The translations under genes and the position numbers were made by a program. Source: Octopus sinensis (Eukaryota). From it: a DNA stretch of 64,000 bases. Shown one piece after another: positions 13,848-26,110 of this stretch. How positions within the stretch are numbered: the stretch's first letter is position 1; each line of letters starts with the position of its first letter. The notes below the pieces were generated by a model that was not told where the DNA came from, searched no databases, and saw only the letters and a program-made list of their open reading frames with translations. The stretch covers positions 102,672,001 through 102,736,000 of the forward strand of contig NC_043006.1 of NCBI RefSeq assembly GCF_006345805.1. The letters are read 5' to 3'.

Positions 13848-13901
13848 CATATCTGATGAGATGAGTCCGTCCCACGAATCCACGAATCTTAGAGTCATAT
13901 G
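13848..13901 (+). ncRNA. Degenerate type I hammerhead motif
   Basis: CATAT-CTGATGA-...-GAAT-CTTAGA-GTC-ATATG; 5-bp stem I and GTC triplet intact, GAAA mutated to GAAT. Confidence 0.55.
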
Positions 13902-14044
13902 AAGTTGAGTCAAATTGGTATTAACAAACACATATACACACACACGTACACACACACACTCATACACACACAATATATATATACTTACAGACACACACAC
14001 ATACACACACACTCACACACACTATATAATATATATATATATGT

Positions 14045-14365
14045 AGGCGCGTAGCCTAATGGTTAGGGTATTCGACTCGCGATCATAAGGTAGTGAGTTC
14101 AATTCCCGGCGACGCTTTGTGTCCTTGAGTAATATACTTTATTTCACGTTGCTCCAGTCCACTCAGCTGGCAAAAATGAGTTGTACCTGTATTTCAAAGA
14201 GTCAGCCTTGTTACAATCTGTGTCACGCTGAATCTCCCCAGGAACTACGTTAAAGGTACATGTGTCTGTGGAGTTCTCAGCCACTTGCACGTTAATTTCA
14301 CGAACAGTCTGTTCTGTTGATCAGATCAACTGGAACCCTCGTCGTCGTAACCGACAGTGTGCCAA
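14045..14365 (+). mobile_element. tRNA-derived SINE, family D
   Basis: Head GCGTAGCCTAATGGTTAGG...GAGTTCAATTCCC; CORE-like GTGTCCTTGAG...CAGTCCACTCAGCTG; tail CAACTGGAACCCTCGTCGTCGTAACCGAC. Confidence 0.8.
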
Positions 14366-14367
14366 TT

Positions 14368-14407
<40 letters not shown>

Positions 14408-14420
14408 ACACACATATATT

Positions 14421-14621
14421 TATATATTAAATTAGAGATAAAACCACTATTAGGCAAATCAAACAGTAAAAATCATAAACCAATACATAGAAATAAAATT
14501 AATTAATAAAAATATATAAAATATAAAATTCAAAATTTAAATTATTTAACTTTAAAGTGGTTTTACTCTTTATCTTATATTAAACTTTTAATACTTTTTG
14601 ATAGTTATATTTATTTATAAA

Positions 14622-14670
<49 letters not shown>

Positions 14671-15000
14671 TAATAATAATAATAATAATAATAACAATAA
14701 TAATAATAATAATATAATAATAATAATATATATATATAAATAAATTTATAAGTATTAATTATTAATTTTAATAATTTTTTAAATTTTAACTTTAAATTTA
14801 AATATTTTAATTTTGAATTTTATATTTTATATATTTTTATTAATTAATTTTATTTCTATGTATTGGTTTATGATTTTCACTGTTTGATTTGCCTAATAGT
14901 GGTTTTATGTCTAATTTAATATATATATATTTATACTATAAAAGTAGATTTAATCCTAAATCTAATTTTTCCCTGTAAGTTTGGATTTACCCCCTAATAT
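14421..15000. repeat. Inverted repeat (~117-bp arms) of a Penelope pLTR-related family around an (AAT)n spacer
   Basis: 14421-14537 pairs with 14809-14926; similar to 56899-57050. Confidence 0.75.
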
Positions 15001-15119
15001 TATTATTATCAATTATATATACTCAATTCCCTTTTTGCACGGTTTTGAAATAACACAGTCCAACAAAAAGAGCCGATTATTGTTTTTATGTCGCACGTTC
15101 GGATGACTTCTACTTCACT

Positions 15120-15690
15120 CAACTCTCGATTCATGTGCAATAGCATTGATTTTACCATCATTAAATTTATGCAATATCACAGCTCCTATACCATATTCAC
15201 TGGCATCCGATGACACAATTATTTTCAGATTTGGGTCGAAATCAGTTAATGATAACTCTGACGTTAACTGCTTTTTTAATTCCTCGAATGATTTCTGACA
15301 TTCGTTTGTCCAGCTCCATTTCGAGTCCTTCTTTAGCAACTTATTAAACGGAACTCTTTGCTCATACATTTTAGCTATGTACAACTGGTAATAACTTACC
15401 AAACCTAAAAGTGCTTGTAATGTTGTTTTGTTAGTGGAAGCAGGCCTTTTTTTTATCGCGTCGATCCTAGAAGGGTCCGGTTTTCGCCCGTACTTTATTT
15501 TTATCAAGAAAAATTCACATTTATCCTCCCTTACTTTGAACCCGTAATCACATATTCGGTTGAAAACGTCTTCTATATGTTCAATATGTTGGTCCCTTGA
15601 TTCACTTTTGATCAATATGTCATCCAAGTATGGGACCGCGAACTTACAATCTGCTAGCATAGTATCCATCACTTACTGAAGTATTGCGAT
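15120..15690 (-). mobile_element. Ty3/Gypsy pol fragment (RT C-half and start of RNase H)
   Basis: PYLDDILI, KCEFF, LQALLGLVSYY, WSWTNECQKSFEELK, SDASEYGIGAVI; no LTRs seen. Confidence 0.92.
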
Positions 15691-17539
15691 ATAACAGTGG
15701 CGACGAACATTGCGTAGCTCACACAGCCACTGTGTAGTATTGCGATATAACAGTTTTGCACTTTCTTATTATTTTTTACTTTAACACGGTTTAAACATCT
15801 GTCCTTGTGTGACCACCGAATTTATTGCAAGTGGCAACTAAACAATTAAGTAACATCAATCAATTATAATTTACAAAATGCCGAGACTCTATGTAACATG
15901 ATTAAGTAACAATTTAGCGAAGTAAAATAGAATCCAATCTATTTTTTCCGTATAGCGATCCCTCACTCGCTGGTGTGTGCGGGACCTATGCAATGTCCAT
16001 ATCTCTGGCTGCGTATAACCGCTCCATCAAACGGCGCGCGGCGGCTGTCGTTAGCATCGGGTCTAATACGAAAGATGTGTTGCGTGTTTCATCCTCTGCT
16101 GTATTTTTATTTGCGATCGTGGGAGTGATAACCTACCCCAAAATGTCGGTTGATACATCTAAGAAAAATGAAAGAGCATTAATTTGTTTGGAGACCAAGA
16201 TCAATGTTTTGGATCGTCTTCGTAAGGGCGAAAGTGGAACTTCCTTGGGTAGAGCTTTCTGCCTGAACAAAGCTACGATAAGAACGATCAAAATGAAGGA
16301 TGCTGCCATTAGTGGATCTGTAGCTTCTGGAACAAAATTATCTGCCAAGTCGTCGTCATATACAAGAAACATGATTCTAGTAAAAACGGAGGAAGTTTTA
16401 ATAATATGGATAGAAAACAATAAAAAAAAGGATACCAGTAGATCGTAAAAGCATAAAACAGATGGCATTACGATTTTACAAGAAGATTAATGACACGCAG
16501 TCGTCAAGTGCGTTACATCTATCTAGTAATAAAAAGGAGAATGAATTTGCAGCAAGTACGGGATGGCTTACAAAATTCTTCGAAAGACATGCACTGCATA
16601 ATATAAAAATGAGAGGTGAAATTTCATCGGAAGATAAGACTGCTGCTGAAGATTTTCTTCCAATACTAGCCAAAATAATTGAAGAAGGCAGTTAGGTTTC
16701 AGACCAAGTTTTCAACGCAGGTGAAAAAAATGCCAAATAAAACTTATTTAGCAAAATCAGAGAAAAGTTCCAATGGTTTTAAGGCAGATAAAGACCGTGT
16801 AACTTTCCTTCTTATATAGCAACGCTTCAGGAAATTGTTTGTTAAAACAGTTATTAATTAATCGATCAGTTCACCCGCGTGCAATGAAAGGCGTAGAATT
16901 ATGTAAATTACCAGTTCATTGGAAAGCCAATAAAAAATCATGGGTGACGGTAGAAATATTTACTGAATGGTTTAACAACTGCTTCTTCCATATATCTTCT
17001 TCCTGAAGTAAGAAGATATATAGAAGGTAAAGGTCTTGAGTTTAAAGTCTTTTTACTTATAGACAATGCACCCGGTCATCCAGATTTGATACACCCGAAT
17101 GTAAAAGTCGTATTCTTGCCACCTAATACAATATCGTTGATTCAACTGCTTGATCAGGGTATAATTTCAATATTCAAATCATATTATATCCAGTGAACAT
17201 TTGAATATATTACAGATGAACTAGGAAAAGGATTCACTTTCACTCATTCAAGCATGGAAAAAATTTACTATAATTAATTGTGTTAAGTATGCTGTCCTGG
17301 CTTTATCCAGATTAAAGCCATCCACCCTAAATGCATGCTGGAGATCACTTTGGCCAGAATGTGTAAAGTCTAAAATCTCGCATCTAAATACGAACGAATT
17401 ACATTCTGATATCATCACTTTGTCACATAAGATTGGCAAAGAATTAACAATTGAAAATATTGCAGGATTAACAATTAACGAAGCCCCTAATGAAGAACAA
17501 ATTATAGAGAGTATTTCAGAGAATGTATATGATTAAAGT

Positions 17540-17846
17540 GGAGGCACATGGCCTAGTGGTTAGAGCAGCGGACTCGCGGTCGAGGGATCGCGGGTTCGAA
17601 TCTCAGACCGGGCGATGTATGTGTTTATGAGCGAAACACCTAAGCTCCACGTGGCTCCAGCAGAAGGTAATGGCGAACTTCTGCTGACTCTTTCGCCACA
17701 ACTTTCTCTCACTCTTTCCTCCTGCATCTTGCAGCTCACCTGTGACGGATCGGCGTCCCGTCCACGTGAGGAACTTATACGCCAAGGAAACCGAAAAAAC
17801 CGGCCCTTATGAACCAGGCGTGGATCGAGAAGGAACAAACAACGAA
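17540..17846 (+). mobile_element. tRNA-derived SINE, family C, inserted in the Tigger transposase
   Basis: TGGCCTAGTGG A-box and GGTTCGAATC B-box; probable TSD TATGATT; headless sister copy at 34990-35210. Confidence 0.88.
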
Positions 17847-18498
17847 CGTATGATTCCACGTTAGTTTGTAGTAGTGCTGATGAAGAAGTGGTTCCACTAT
17901 CTGCAAGTTCAATTCTGGAAGACTTCCGAAAAGCCAATAGACTTGGAAATCATTTTCTTACAAATGATAACAATTGTTGAACGATCCGTGCAATTCCAAC
18001 GTGATTGGAAAATGATTATGGCAAGTTATGAAGAATCATATAAAGAACAAACAAAAACAAGATCACAGCGTCTGATAACCGAATTCGTATTCAAAACCAG
18101 TGAAACAAAAGAAACGCAAGATGTTAATTTTAGTCAAGATGTTCATGAAGATGTATCACCATTAAATATTTCCAGCGACGAGAGTGATTTTGCACCACCG
18201 TGAAACAACGGAAAGCGAGCACGTTTACAGTCTAGTAGTGACACTAAATGACTGAATAATTATGATACACACACACACACACACACACACACACCACACA
18301 CACACACACACACACATGTATATATATATGTATAAAAAAATTCAATTTATTTGTATATGAAAATCAGCAATTTTTATCAAATATATTTGAATGCAACCTA
18401 TCTCTAATTTTCATATGTGCACTGTATATATTTTTACGGTTTTATTTTGCACGGTAGTCTCTGGAACCTATCCCCCTTGCAAAAAGAGAACTGAGTGT

Positions 18499-18578
<80 letters not shown>

Positions 18579-18742
18579 ACGCACACATGTATATATATAT
18601 ATATATGAGAGCTATTGGTATCCAGACGACCCAAGATGGCGGGTAAGGCTGTGTAAATGCTACGGGAGGATCGTAGTTAGACTCTCAGTTCGATAATAAT
18701 AGGAGTGAGAAGTCTAATGCGGGTCTTGTGTGAGCATGTATA

Positions 18743-19151
18743 TCTTTATATATAAAAGTGAAGTTGTGTGTCTGTCTCCTACGATTTAGTTTCCTAACTA
18801 CTCCCACATTTTGCGGTGCAGTTTAACCAAAAGCGGGTATCTTATAGTCGTGATTTATATCGAGCCCTTCTGGGTATTAGCGCGCGTCTACGATGAGTCT
18901 ACGATTAAAAAAAAAATTTACCATCATTTTTTTCCATTTAAATAAATGCATTTTTTCGCTTTTCGCTATATAAAGGGAAGTAACTCTCTAAAAATGTCTA
19001 CGATGAGTCAGCGATTAAAAAAAAAATTTATCATCACTTTTTTTTCCCATTTCTAATGCATATTTTTGCTATTTTTTGGCTATAACTCTCTAAAAATGCT
19101 TATATAGTTATTTCCCTTACAAACCCGAGCAACGCCGGGCGATACTGCTAG
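18743..19151 (+). mobile_element. Non-autonomous Helitron with canonical termini
   Basis: A|TC start, subterminal hairpin CCCG...CGGG (19124-19139), CTAG|T end. Confidence 0.82.
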
Positions 19152-19221
19152 TGTTAAATAAAATGAGACAACAAAACTAAGGCTGTGTGGAATTTCTAGG
19201 ATATTTCTAAAGAGAAAAGTA

Positions 19222-19269
19222 GTCTTAGAGCTGTTTCAAGGATATTAGCGTTAATCCTTCATCAGAGAC
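19222..19269 (-). ncRNA. Type I hammerhead motif with CTA triplet
   Basis: GTCT-CTGATGA-AGGAT...ATCCTT-GAAAC-AGCT-CTA-AGAC; palindromic loop III, but the C15.2/C16.2 mismatch breaks stem III. Confidence 0.6.
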
Positions 19270-19442
19270 GATATGAAAGAGTTAACTAGAGGGAAATGGT
19301 AGAGTTCGGCAAAGGATGGAAAACTGAAGGAAGCCCGTCGTATATATATGCATATGTATCTATGTGTATGTGACTGTGTTTGTTCCCCATCACCACTCGA
19401 CAACCGGTGTTGGTGTGTTTACGTCCTCGTAAACTAGTAGTT

Positions 19443-19542
19443 NNNNNNNNNNNNNNNNNNNNNNNNNNNNNNNNNNNNNNNNNNNNNNNNNNNNNNNNNN
19501 NNNNNNNNNNNNNNNNNNNNNNNNNNNNNNNNNNNNNNNNNN
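19443..19542. other. Assembly gap (100 N)
   Basis: Run of N; it truncates a family B SINE on its left. Confidence 1.
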
Positions 19543-19585
19543 TATTGGTTGTGTACTTGGTCCAAGGTGGTGTGTGTGCGTGTTC

Positions 19586-19620
<35 letters not shown>

Positions 19621-20226
19621 TGTGAGTGTGTCTGTGTGTGTATGTCTGTGTGCGTGGGCATACATAACTATACACGCCTACATATAAAATCATTACATAA
19701 TTTATGCAGTGTCCACTTCACTACATGTTTTTTAATGCAGCAGATGTCCCTGAGCATTTTCCTTCGTCGTATCCTGCGTATGTGTATGTATGTATGTATG
19801 TATGTATGTATGTATGTATGTATGTATGTATGTATGTATGTATGTATGTATGTATGTATGTGTGAGTGTGTGTGTGTGTATAATTATTACATGACAAAAG
19901 ATCAAACTGTGGTATGATTTACTGATATTATTCCACAATTTGTTCCTTTGTCATGTTCTATTTATTCATGCTCTATCACCGATACGCTTGCAAACATTGG
20001 ATTATCTGGATTATCCGTGTAATAACATGAATATTCTGTTTTGGTAGACAGAAACTGTGTGGACGTATTCATGAGCATGTCTATGGATAATACGGGCTGT
20101 ACTGTAATCATCCCAGGAATATGGACTACGGTCTTTAGAAACATGAGATTTGTGGAAACGCGCGTAGTGATGCATTGAAATATTTATAGATTATATCTAT
20201 GGATTATTATTATTATATTATTATTA

Positions 20227-20266
<40 letters not shown>

Positions 20267-21380
20267 CTGGCACAGTTCGGTGCAACTCCCAAAAACTGGT
20301 ATTGCCATTTGGTACCTTCAGGCTGTAGCCGGTGTAATAGAATATGCATATTCAAAACGTTTCCCGTAAACGAACCTAAAGGATATATATATGTATATAT
20401 ATATATAAAATACAAAATTGGACAAGAACATCTGGACAACTAGACGATACAAAAAGGGACAACAAAACATCCAGATAGACGATACAAAAAAAACAAGGAC
20501 GGGTCATTCGAAGCTTTTTATCCTCAGTCAAGAACTGGATGATCCTCGCAATTTCGGCTGATTAATCTAGAGATTACTCCAATCTGGTCAGCCCCAAGGA
20601 AAAACTAAGCTAAGAGCATTAGATTCCTTGGAAGAAAGCATCGAATGTATCCGAAAACAAGGACGGAAAAACAGACGATGTTACACGAATATAAATACAA
20701 AATACAATAAAAATAATAATAATTATAACAACAGGTGTCTTTCGACTGGGGACGAATTGAATTCAGCTGGCGTGTGTGGAAATGAAGCATTACGGCAGAG
20801 ATACAAAATGTATATATACTGTATATGTACTGTTTATTAATAATTGTTTCACTAGTTTGCTGCTCATATCTCAAGCACAATCATCAGTATTTAATAGTTT
20901 TCGGTGCCTCAGACTATTTAACTGGGATTTGCTTTTCTCAGTTAGCATATGTTTCCGTGGTGTTACATGTAATTTTAATTTCATAGATACAAGTTTATTT
21001 CGACAGATAACCGTTCGCTTTCTTAGATGCTAGTTCCCTTCGTAGATATCATTTTCTCCTTCATAGATACCAGCTCCCTTTCAAAGAAAACGGTTCCTTT
21101 CAAATAAGACAAATATATAACCTAAACTGCAGGACTCAGCCAGAGTAGAACAACCAGGCACTGCACACATCCTAATTTGAATGCATCCAATACATTACAA
21201 AAGGCAAAAAAGGAAAGAAAAATCCCGTAAGTCCCTAAGATACACAGACCATCGCTCGGGTGGGCAGTGAAAACAACAGTAGCAACAAACAGGAGCAATA
21301 ATAACAAGAACAAGAACAACAAAATCTACTACTTCTACTACTACTACTTCTACTACTACTACTGCTACTACTGCTACTAC

Positions 21381-21522
21381 CTCTCCTACTCTGATGTAAT
21401 CTCCAGGGATACAGGCATCCAGCAACAGGACCTCCGTAATGCTATGATGGACCGTGAAGTCTGGCGTAACATAGTAAATTCCATTGTCTCGACCACGGTC
21501 GAACAATGATGATGATGATGAC
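21381..21522 (+). mobile_element. RTE-clade LINE extreme 3' end with (GAT)n tail
   Basis: LSYSDVISRDTGIQQQDLRNAMMDREVWRNIV resembles the RTE C-terminus; stop at 21507-21509 runs into (TGA)n. Confidence 0.75.
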
Positions 21523-21570
21523 TGCTACTACTACTACTACTATTACTGCTGCTACTACTACTACTACTAC

Positions 21571-21620
<50 letters not shown>

Positions 21621-21975
21621 AAACCAACATCACCACCACCACCACCACTACTGGTCTTTTGTTTTAAGCGCAAGGCCAATAATTTTGAGGGGAGGTGGTT
21701 GTCGAAACCATAGACTCCAGTACTTGACTGTTACATTATTTTATCGGCTCCGAAAAGATGAAAGACAAAGTTTACTTCGGTGGGATTTGAACACAGAACG
21801 TAAATAATAGGAACAAATGCAGTAAGGCATATTCCCGACGCTCTAACGATTCAAATTCTGGCACGAGGCCAGCAATTTCAGGAAATGGGTTAGTCTATTA
21901 CATCGAACCCAGTGTTCAACTGGTACTTATTTTATCGCCACCGAAAGAATGAAAGGTAAAGTCGACCTCGGCGGG

Positions 21976-22026
<51 letters not shown>

Positions 22027-22069
22027 TAATAATAATGATAATAATTAATAATAATAATAATAATAATTA

Positions 22070-22664
22070 ATTCTTTTATTGGCCACAAGGGATGACGGAA
22101 ATTAATTATAACAAAAAGGGACAAAACGGGACGAAAGGTTACAAAGAGTAAAAAAAGCAGTTTAACAACGAAGAGTTGCAGACCTGGATCAAACGCAGAC
22201 CGAGAAAGGGCGCTTGGCACCTCGAGTGCCGTCAAGCTCTCCCCGCCCTCCGCTGGGCGGGCAATGCGATCGGTAGTAGTTCCACTCTAACGTTCTATAG
22301 AGGTTTAGTGGAAGAAAAGTGCGACGACGTACTCGGGGAAACTCTAGGCGTTGACGATAACGAGCTGAGCAGTCTGTTCGGAAGGATTTTCGGGCCGGGA
22401 CCAATGGATAATTTCCAGAGGTCGCTCGCCTGGCAGTGTTACCGAGGGACTCTGCCTGTTCGAGATAAACTCTACCGGCACGGAAGTGCCGTCAACCGGA
22501 CCTGCCCGAGGTGTTGCCAGGACGGCGAAACCGTTCTGCACGCCCTCGTTCAGTGTCCGAGTATTGCTGAACTATGGGTTTATGTCGAACAGCTACTGTC
22601 GCGTATAGGACGGATCCGGCTATCAGCTGAATCCATAGTGAAGATTGCCTCGCCGACCTCCTTT
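22070..22664. mobile_element. L1/Tx1-clade LINE 3' fragment with an internal inversion
   Basis: Plus strand 22176-22664 encodes a zf-RVT motif (AWQCYRGTLPVRDKL...CPRC..DGETVLHALVQC...W). Minus strand 22070-22160 looks like a 3' UTR with AATAAA running into (ATT)n. Confidence 0.8.
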
Positions 22665-22683
22665 AATAATAATAATAATAATA

Positions 22684-23247
22684 ATGCCCTGATGCAGTAC
22701 CAGACAGTGGCTCTCATGGCTTCTGATCTTAACTGATTGGAAGTGTTATCATGTACATTGTTTTGTCTTGGTATAAAAAAACGGGCTACAGCAAATATTC
22801 TGCTCAATACCACAGATTTGCTTGTCAGTTGTTTGACCATAACCAGTTGAGCATGTCCCTTAGTGGCTGACGATATGTGCATCTCTGATCACGAGCAGCA
22901 GTAATGGGGGAGCATCATAGCTGTGTGTTGAAAGGAATTCTAGGAGGTTTGGATAATTCACTTTGGAAACATGGGTGGTTCTTTCAACATCCTGAAACAA
23001 TCCTTACTTAGGGAGCTTTTGAGCGGGATGGGCAACTCAGCGTGAAGAAAATTCCAACTGGGCTCCACCTGCAAGGTCATATGCTGTTTATCTTGATATG
23101 AGATCACCATGTCGCGCACATATGGTTGTGATGTATGCGCCATGTGCCTTGTGTACCCTTATCAGACCGGTAGTCATGATGGGTATACTGGGCTTGGTAT
23201 ATTTTATCCCACTGTCACTTTGATAGCGTGCACTGCTCACTCACTCA
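22684..23247. mobile_element. ~545-bp (AAT)n-embedded element, copy 2
   Basis: Colinear with copies 1 and 3. Confidence 0.88.
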
Positions 23248-23256
23248 ATAATGATG

Positions 23257-23349
<93 letters not shown>

Positions 23350-23429
23350 TATTATTATTATTATTATTATTATTATTGTTATTATTATTATTATTATATT
23401 TATCATTATCATTATTATTAATAAAAATA

Positions 23430-23640
23430 TTGAGACAAATACATAACAAAAACACCAGGACTTACAAACACATATAACATACAGAAAATTGCACTACTAG
23501 GCACTGCACACATCCTACGCAGAACACTTTCCATACAATAACCATCAGAGCATCACAACAAATCACAGCACATACCCAAGGCACACAGAGCTGCGCTCGG
23601 TAGTGAAGTGAAAGCACGCTATAAAAATAAAACTACTGAA
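23430..23640 (+). mobile_element. R4/Dong-like LINE 3' end with (AAT)n tail
   Basis: NIQKIALLGTAHILRRTL-stop, short UTR, then (AAT)n; a related GTAHIL fragment lies near 21150. Confidence 0.8.
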
Positions 23641-23654
23641 TAATAATAATAATA

Positions 23655-23724
<70 letters not shown>

Positions 23725-23744
23725 CCTTTCTGCTATAGGCACTA

Positions 23745-24130
23745 AAAAGTAGAATTAGGAAGATGTACGAAACAAAATTAAATGGAGGAAATATCATTAA
23801 TGCCACGGATACATGGACTGTGCCCGTATAAAGATACTCTGAAATAGACAAAGGTCAAGCGACGGAATTTGGATAGAAACACTAGAAAGCTTCTTACAAT
23901 ACACAACTGACTTTGCTTACCAAGAAAGAAAGGTGGCAGAATATTACTAAACGCAGAAGACACTGTTGATACTGCGATACTAGCTCTGAAAAATTATGTT
24001 GTACAGAGTAAACAAATAATACTATCAGCAGCCAGAGATACCCAAAAAGTGACTGGAATAAGTAAGAAAATTCAAAGGGAAAAGGACAAACAACAGAATA
24101 AACAAATGGAGAGAAAGGGAGCTACGTGGC
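23745..24130 (+). mobile_element. R4/Dong-like LINE remnant
   Basis: TKLNGGNIINA..TW.VPV, LDRNTRKLLTIHN, LPRKKGG. Confidence 0.7.
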
Positions 24131-24163
24131 CAATTCATGCAAAAAACCTGACTTTTTGTTCTG

Positions 24164-24427
24164 TCATCATCGTCATTGTTCGACCGTGGTTGAGACTTTC
24201 ATAGTCTTTTCAAATGGCTAACAATGTGTGCGCGCCACTACTACACACATTGGAAAGCATTGTACAACCAAGCACTAAAGAAGATCTTTCCTCCTCCATG
24301 AAACAAAGCTGTTCCCGCTGGACGTCAACCCAGTATTTCTAAGCTACGGACCGAGTGATTTATTGTAAGGTTATCTCCCTAGACAGATTGCCTTCACTAC
24401 GGCTAAGGAGCCCTTTCTACCCCTTTG
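24164..24427 (-). mobile_element. Short non-autonomous RTE-tailed element
   Basis: Reverse copy of 56175-56490; 3' end shared with the RTE LINE end at 21486-21520. Confidence 0.85.
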
Positions 24428-24439
24428 TTCTGTAATTGT

Positions 24440-25100
24440 TGTGTTTGTGTGTTTTCCTATTGTTAATGCAGGTGTCGAGTTTAACTTCATGTGTTGTAGT
24501 TGGAGCGGTGAATTCGGTAGTGATGATATGGTTGACTGGTTCATCAAAGGTAAAACTTCCGCTTCATCAATTCTCCTGGTTTACTGCTTGCAGTAAATCT
24601 TTTAATTTCTGTTTGCATTTCCCTTTCCATCACATCATGAGTTCCCGGAATCATATGGAGGAAAAGAGTGTCTTGTTTTGCCGCATGTGTATATGTTCGA
24701 TAGCGTGTTGTTGGGAATACGCTAAAACTCGGAGGTAATTTAGAGGTGTTTGGAGCCAGGATCTGTTCTGTTAGGTTTTGTTTCTGTTGTTGGGAGTGGT
24801 GCTCTTGGTGTTGTTTCTAAAGCAATTGTTGCTATGCCTACAGTTGTCCCTGCTTCTGTTGTTGTGGCTACTATTGCTGCTTTTTCACTATCCTTTTCAT
24901 TGTTGTAGTAAGAACAGTAGGGGTGCTCGTTTTCTTTCTTCTTTTTGCTGTTTTGGACAAAAAACCCTTAGGTGGTTGCTGTCGTCATATGAGTGATATC
25001 TGGGCCTTTTGCCTCCACCAATTCAAATGGATGAGTGCCATTTTATAGGTTGACCAAAGTTGTGATTTTCTCCATTTTCTTTTCATTTGTTTGCCTTATG
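24440..25100 (-). mobile_element. Possible decayed Penelope-like N-terminal region
   Basis: Broken reading includes PPKGF, reminiscent of the IPKGF motif of Penelope-like N-termini; otherwise weak. Confidence 0.3.
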
Positions 25101-25581
25101 AACTCTAATCATCCATTATTTCGTATTTAGATGATGCTCCCTTCAGCCTCTCTGCTTCGTAGGACGGCCGCCAACTGTCGCCATGAGTTTATCGCTGGTG
25201 GCACATTCACAACTTTCGCCTTCACTACATAGCTGCTCATCAAAGAAAGGATGAGTAAACCCCTACTTTTCCATGGGATTGATTGCGTGACTGATTACCT
25301 CACTCTCTGACGCAAATCTTCGATCAGCTGATGATCTTCTGCATTCAGACCTTTTTTGAGGTACTTCCCCACTTATGCATCATGTTGGCCCTTTAACACG
25401 CTTGCGTCTTACTCCTATTATAGTTCATGCTTCTAGGGTTTTTTAAGCGCCTTGAGATAAGACTACACTGGCATTACAGCCTTGTTCTCTCACATTCTAA
25501 TCCCCCTTCTCAAAATTTAATATATTCAATGGTCTAACTATATTGTTACTCAATATGTCGCTGGAAGTGATACTGACTGTC

Positions 25582-25648
<67 letters not shown>

Positions 25649-26026
25649 CAACAATCATAATAATGATAATGATGATGATGATGATGATGATGATGAGGCT
25701 GCTGCTGCTGATGATGATATCTTATATATATGTTAGAGGAGCATCAGATGAGTGGACATTACACGGACAGTATGCTATTTGTGTAGAAGAAAGACGAAGA
25801 AAAAAAGGCGAGGCGGCGAAATGGGATAGAAGTATACATGGTATATAAAAATATATAAAAACACGGATGATATTGGAGAGCCTCTAGTTTGCACCAGTCA
25901 AGGAACCCTGAAAGTGCAGGGTCACCCTGACTACCAATGGTACAAGCCTTACTCAATTAGTGCTGTCCTCCAATTTACAGAAAAATGCTGAGAACAACAT
26001 TTAAGTGAAGGGTTAGGGTCTTGGTG

Positions 26027-26108
<82 letters not shown>

Positions 26109-26110
<2 letters not shown>

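Larger units (their letters stand above)
15020..18497 (+). mobile_element. pogo/Tigger-type DNA transposon, both TIRs present, decayed transposase
   Basis: TIRs 15020-15042 and 18475-18497 match at 19/23, each flanked by TA. Transposase from ATG 16143: CENP-B-like HTH MSVDTSKK...LETKINVLDRLRKGES, then KDRVTFLL, VHWKANKKSWVT, LLIDNAPGHP, LPPNT.SLIQ.LDQGII. Confidence 0.88.

Noticed and set aside
17540-17615. tRNA-like sequences at SINE heads (also 14045, 35604, 40363)
   Set aside because: No complete acceptor stem or terminator; they continue into SINE bodies.
20490-20535. Minus-strand CTGAGGA...GAAT...GTC as a hammerhead
   Set aside because: GAAA is absent and no stem I pairs.
20830-20895. 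Minus-strand CTGATGA...GAAAC-AATT-ATT
   Set aside because: A plausible stem II exists but the triplet is altered and stem I does not pair; at most a decayed copy.
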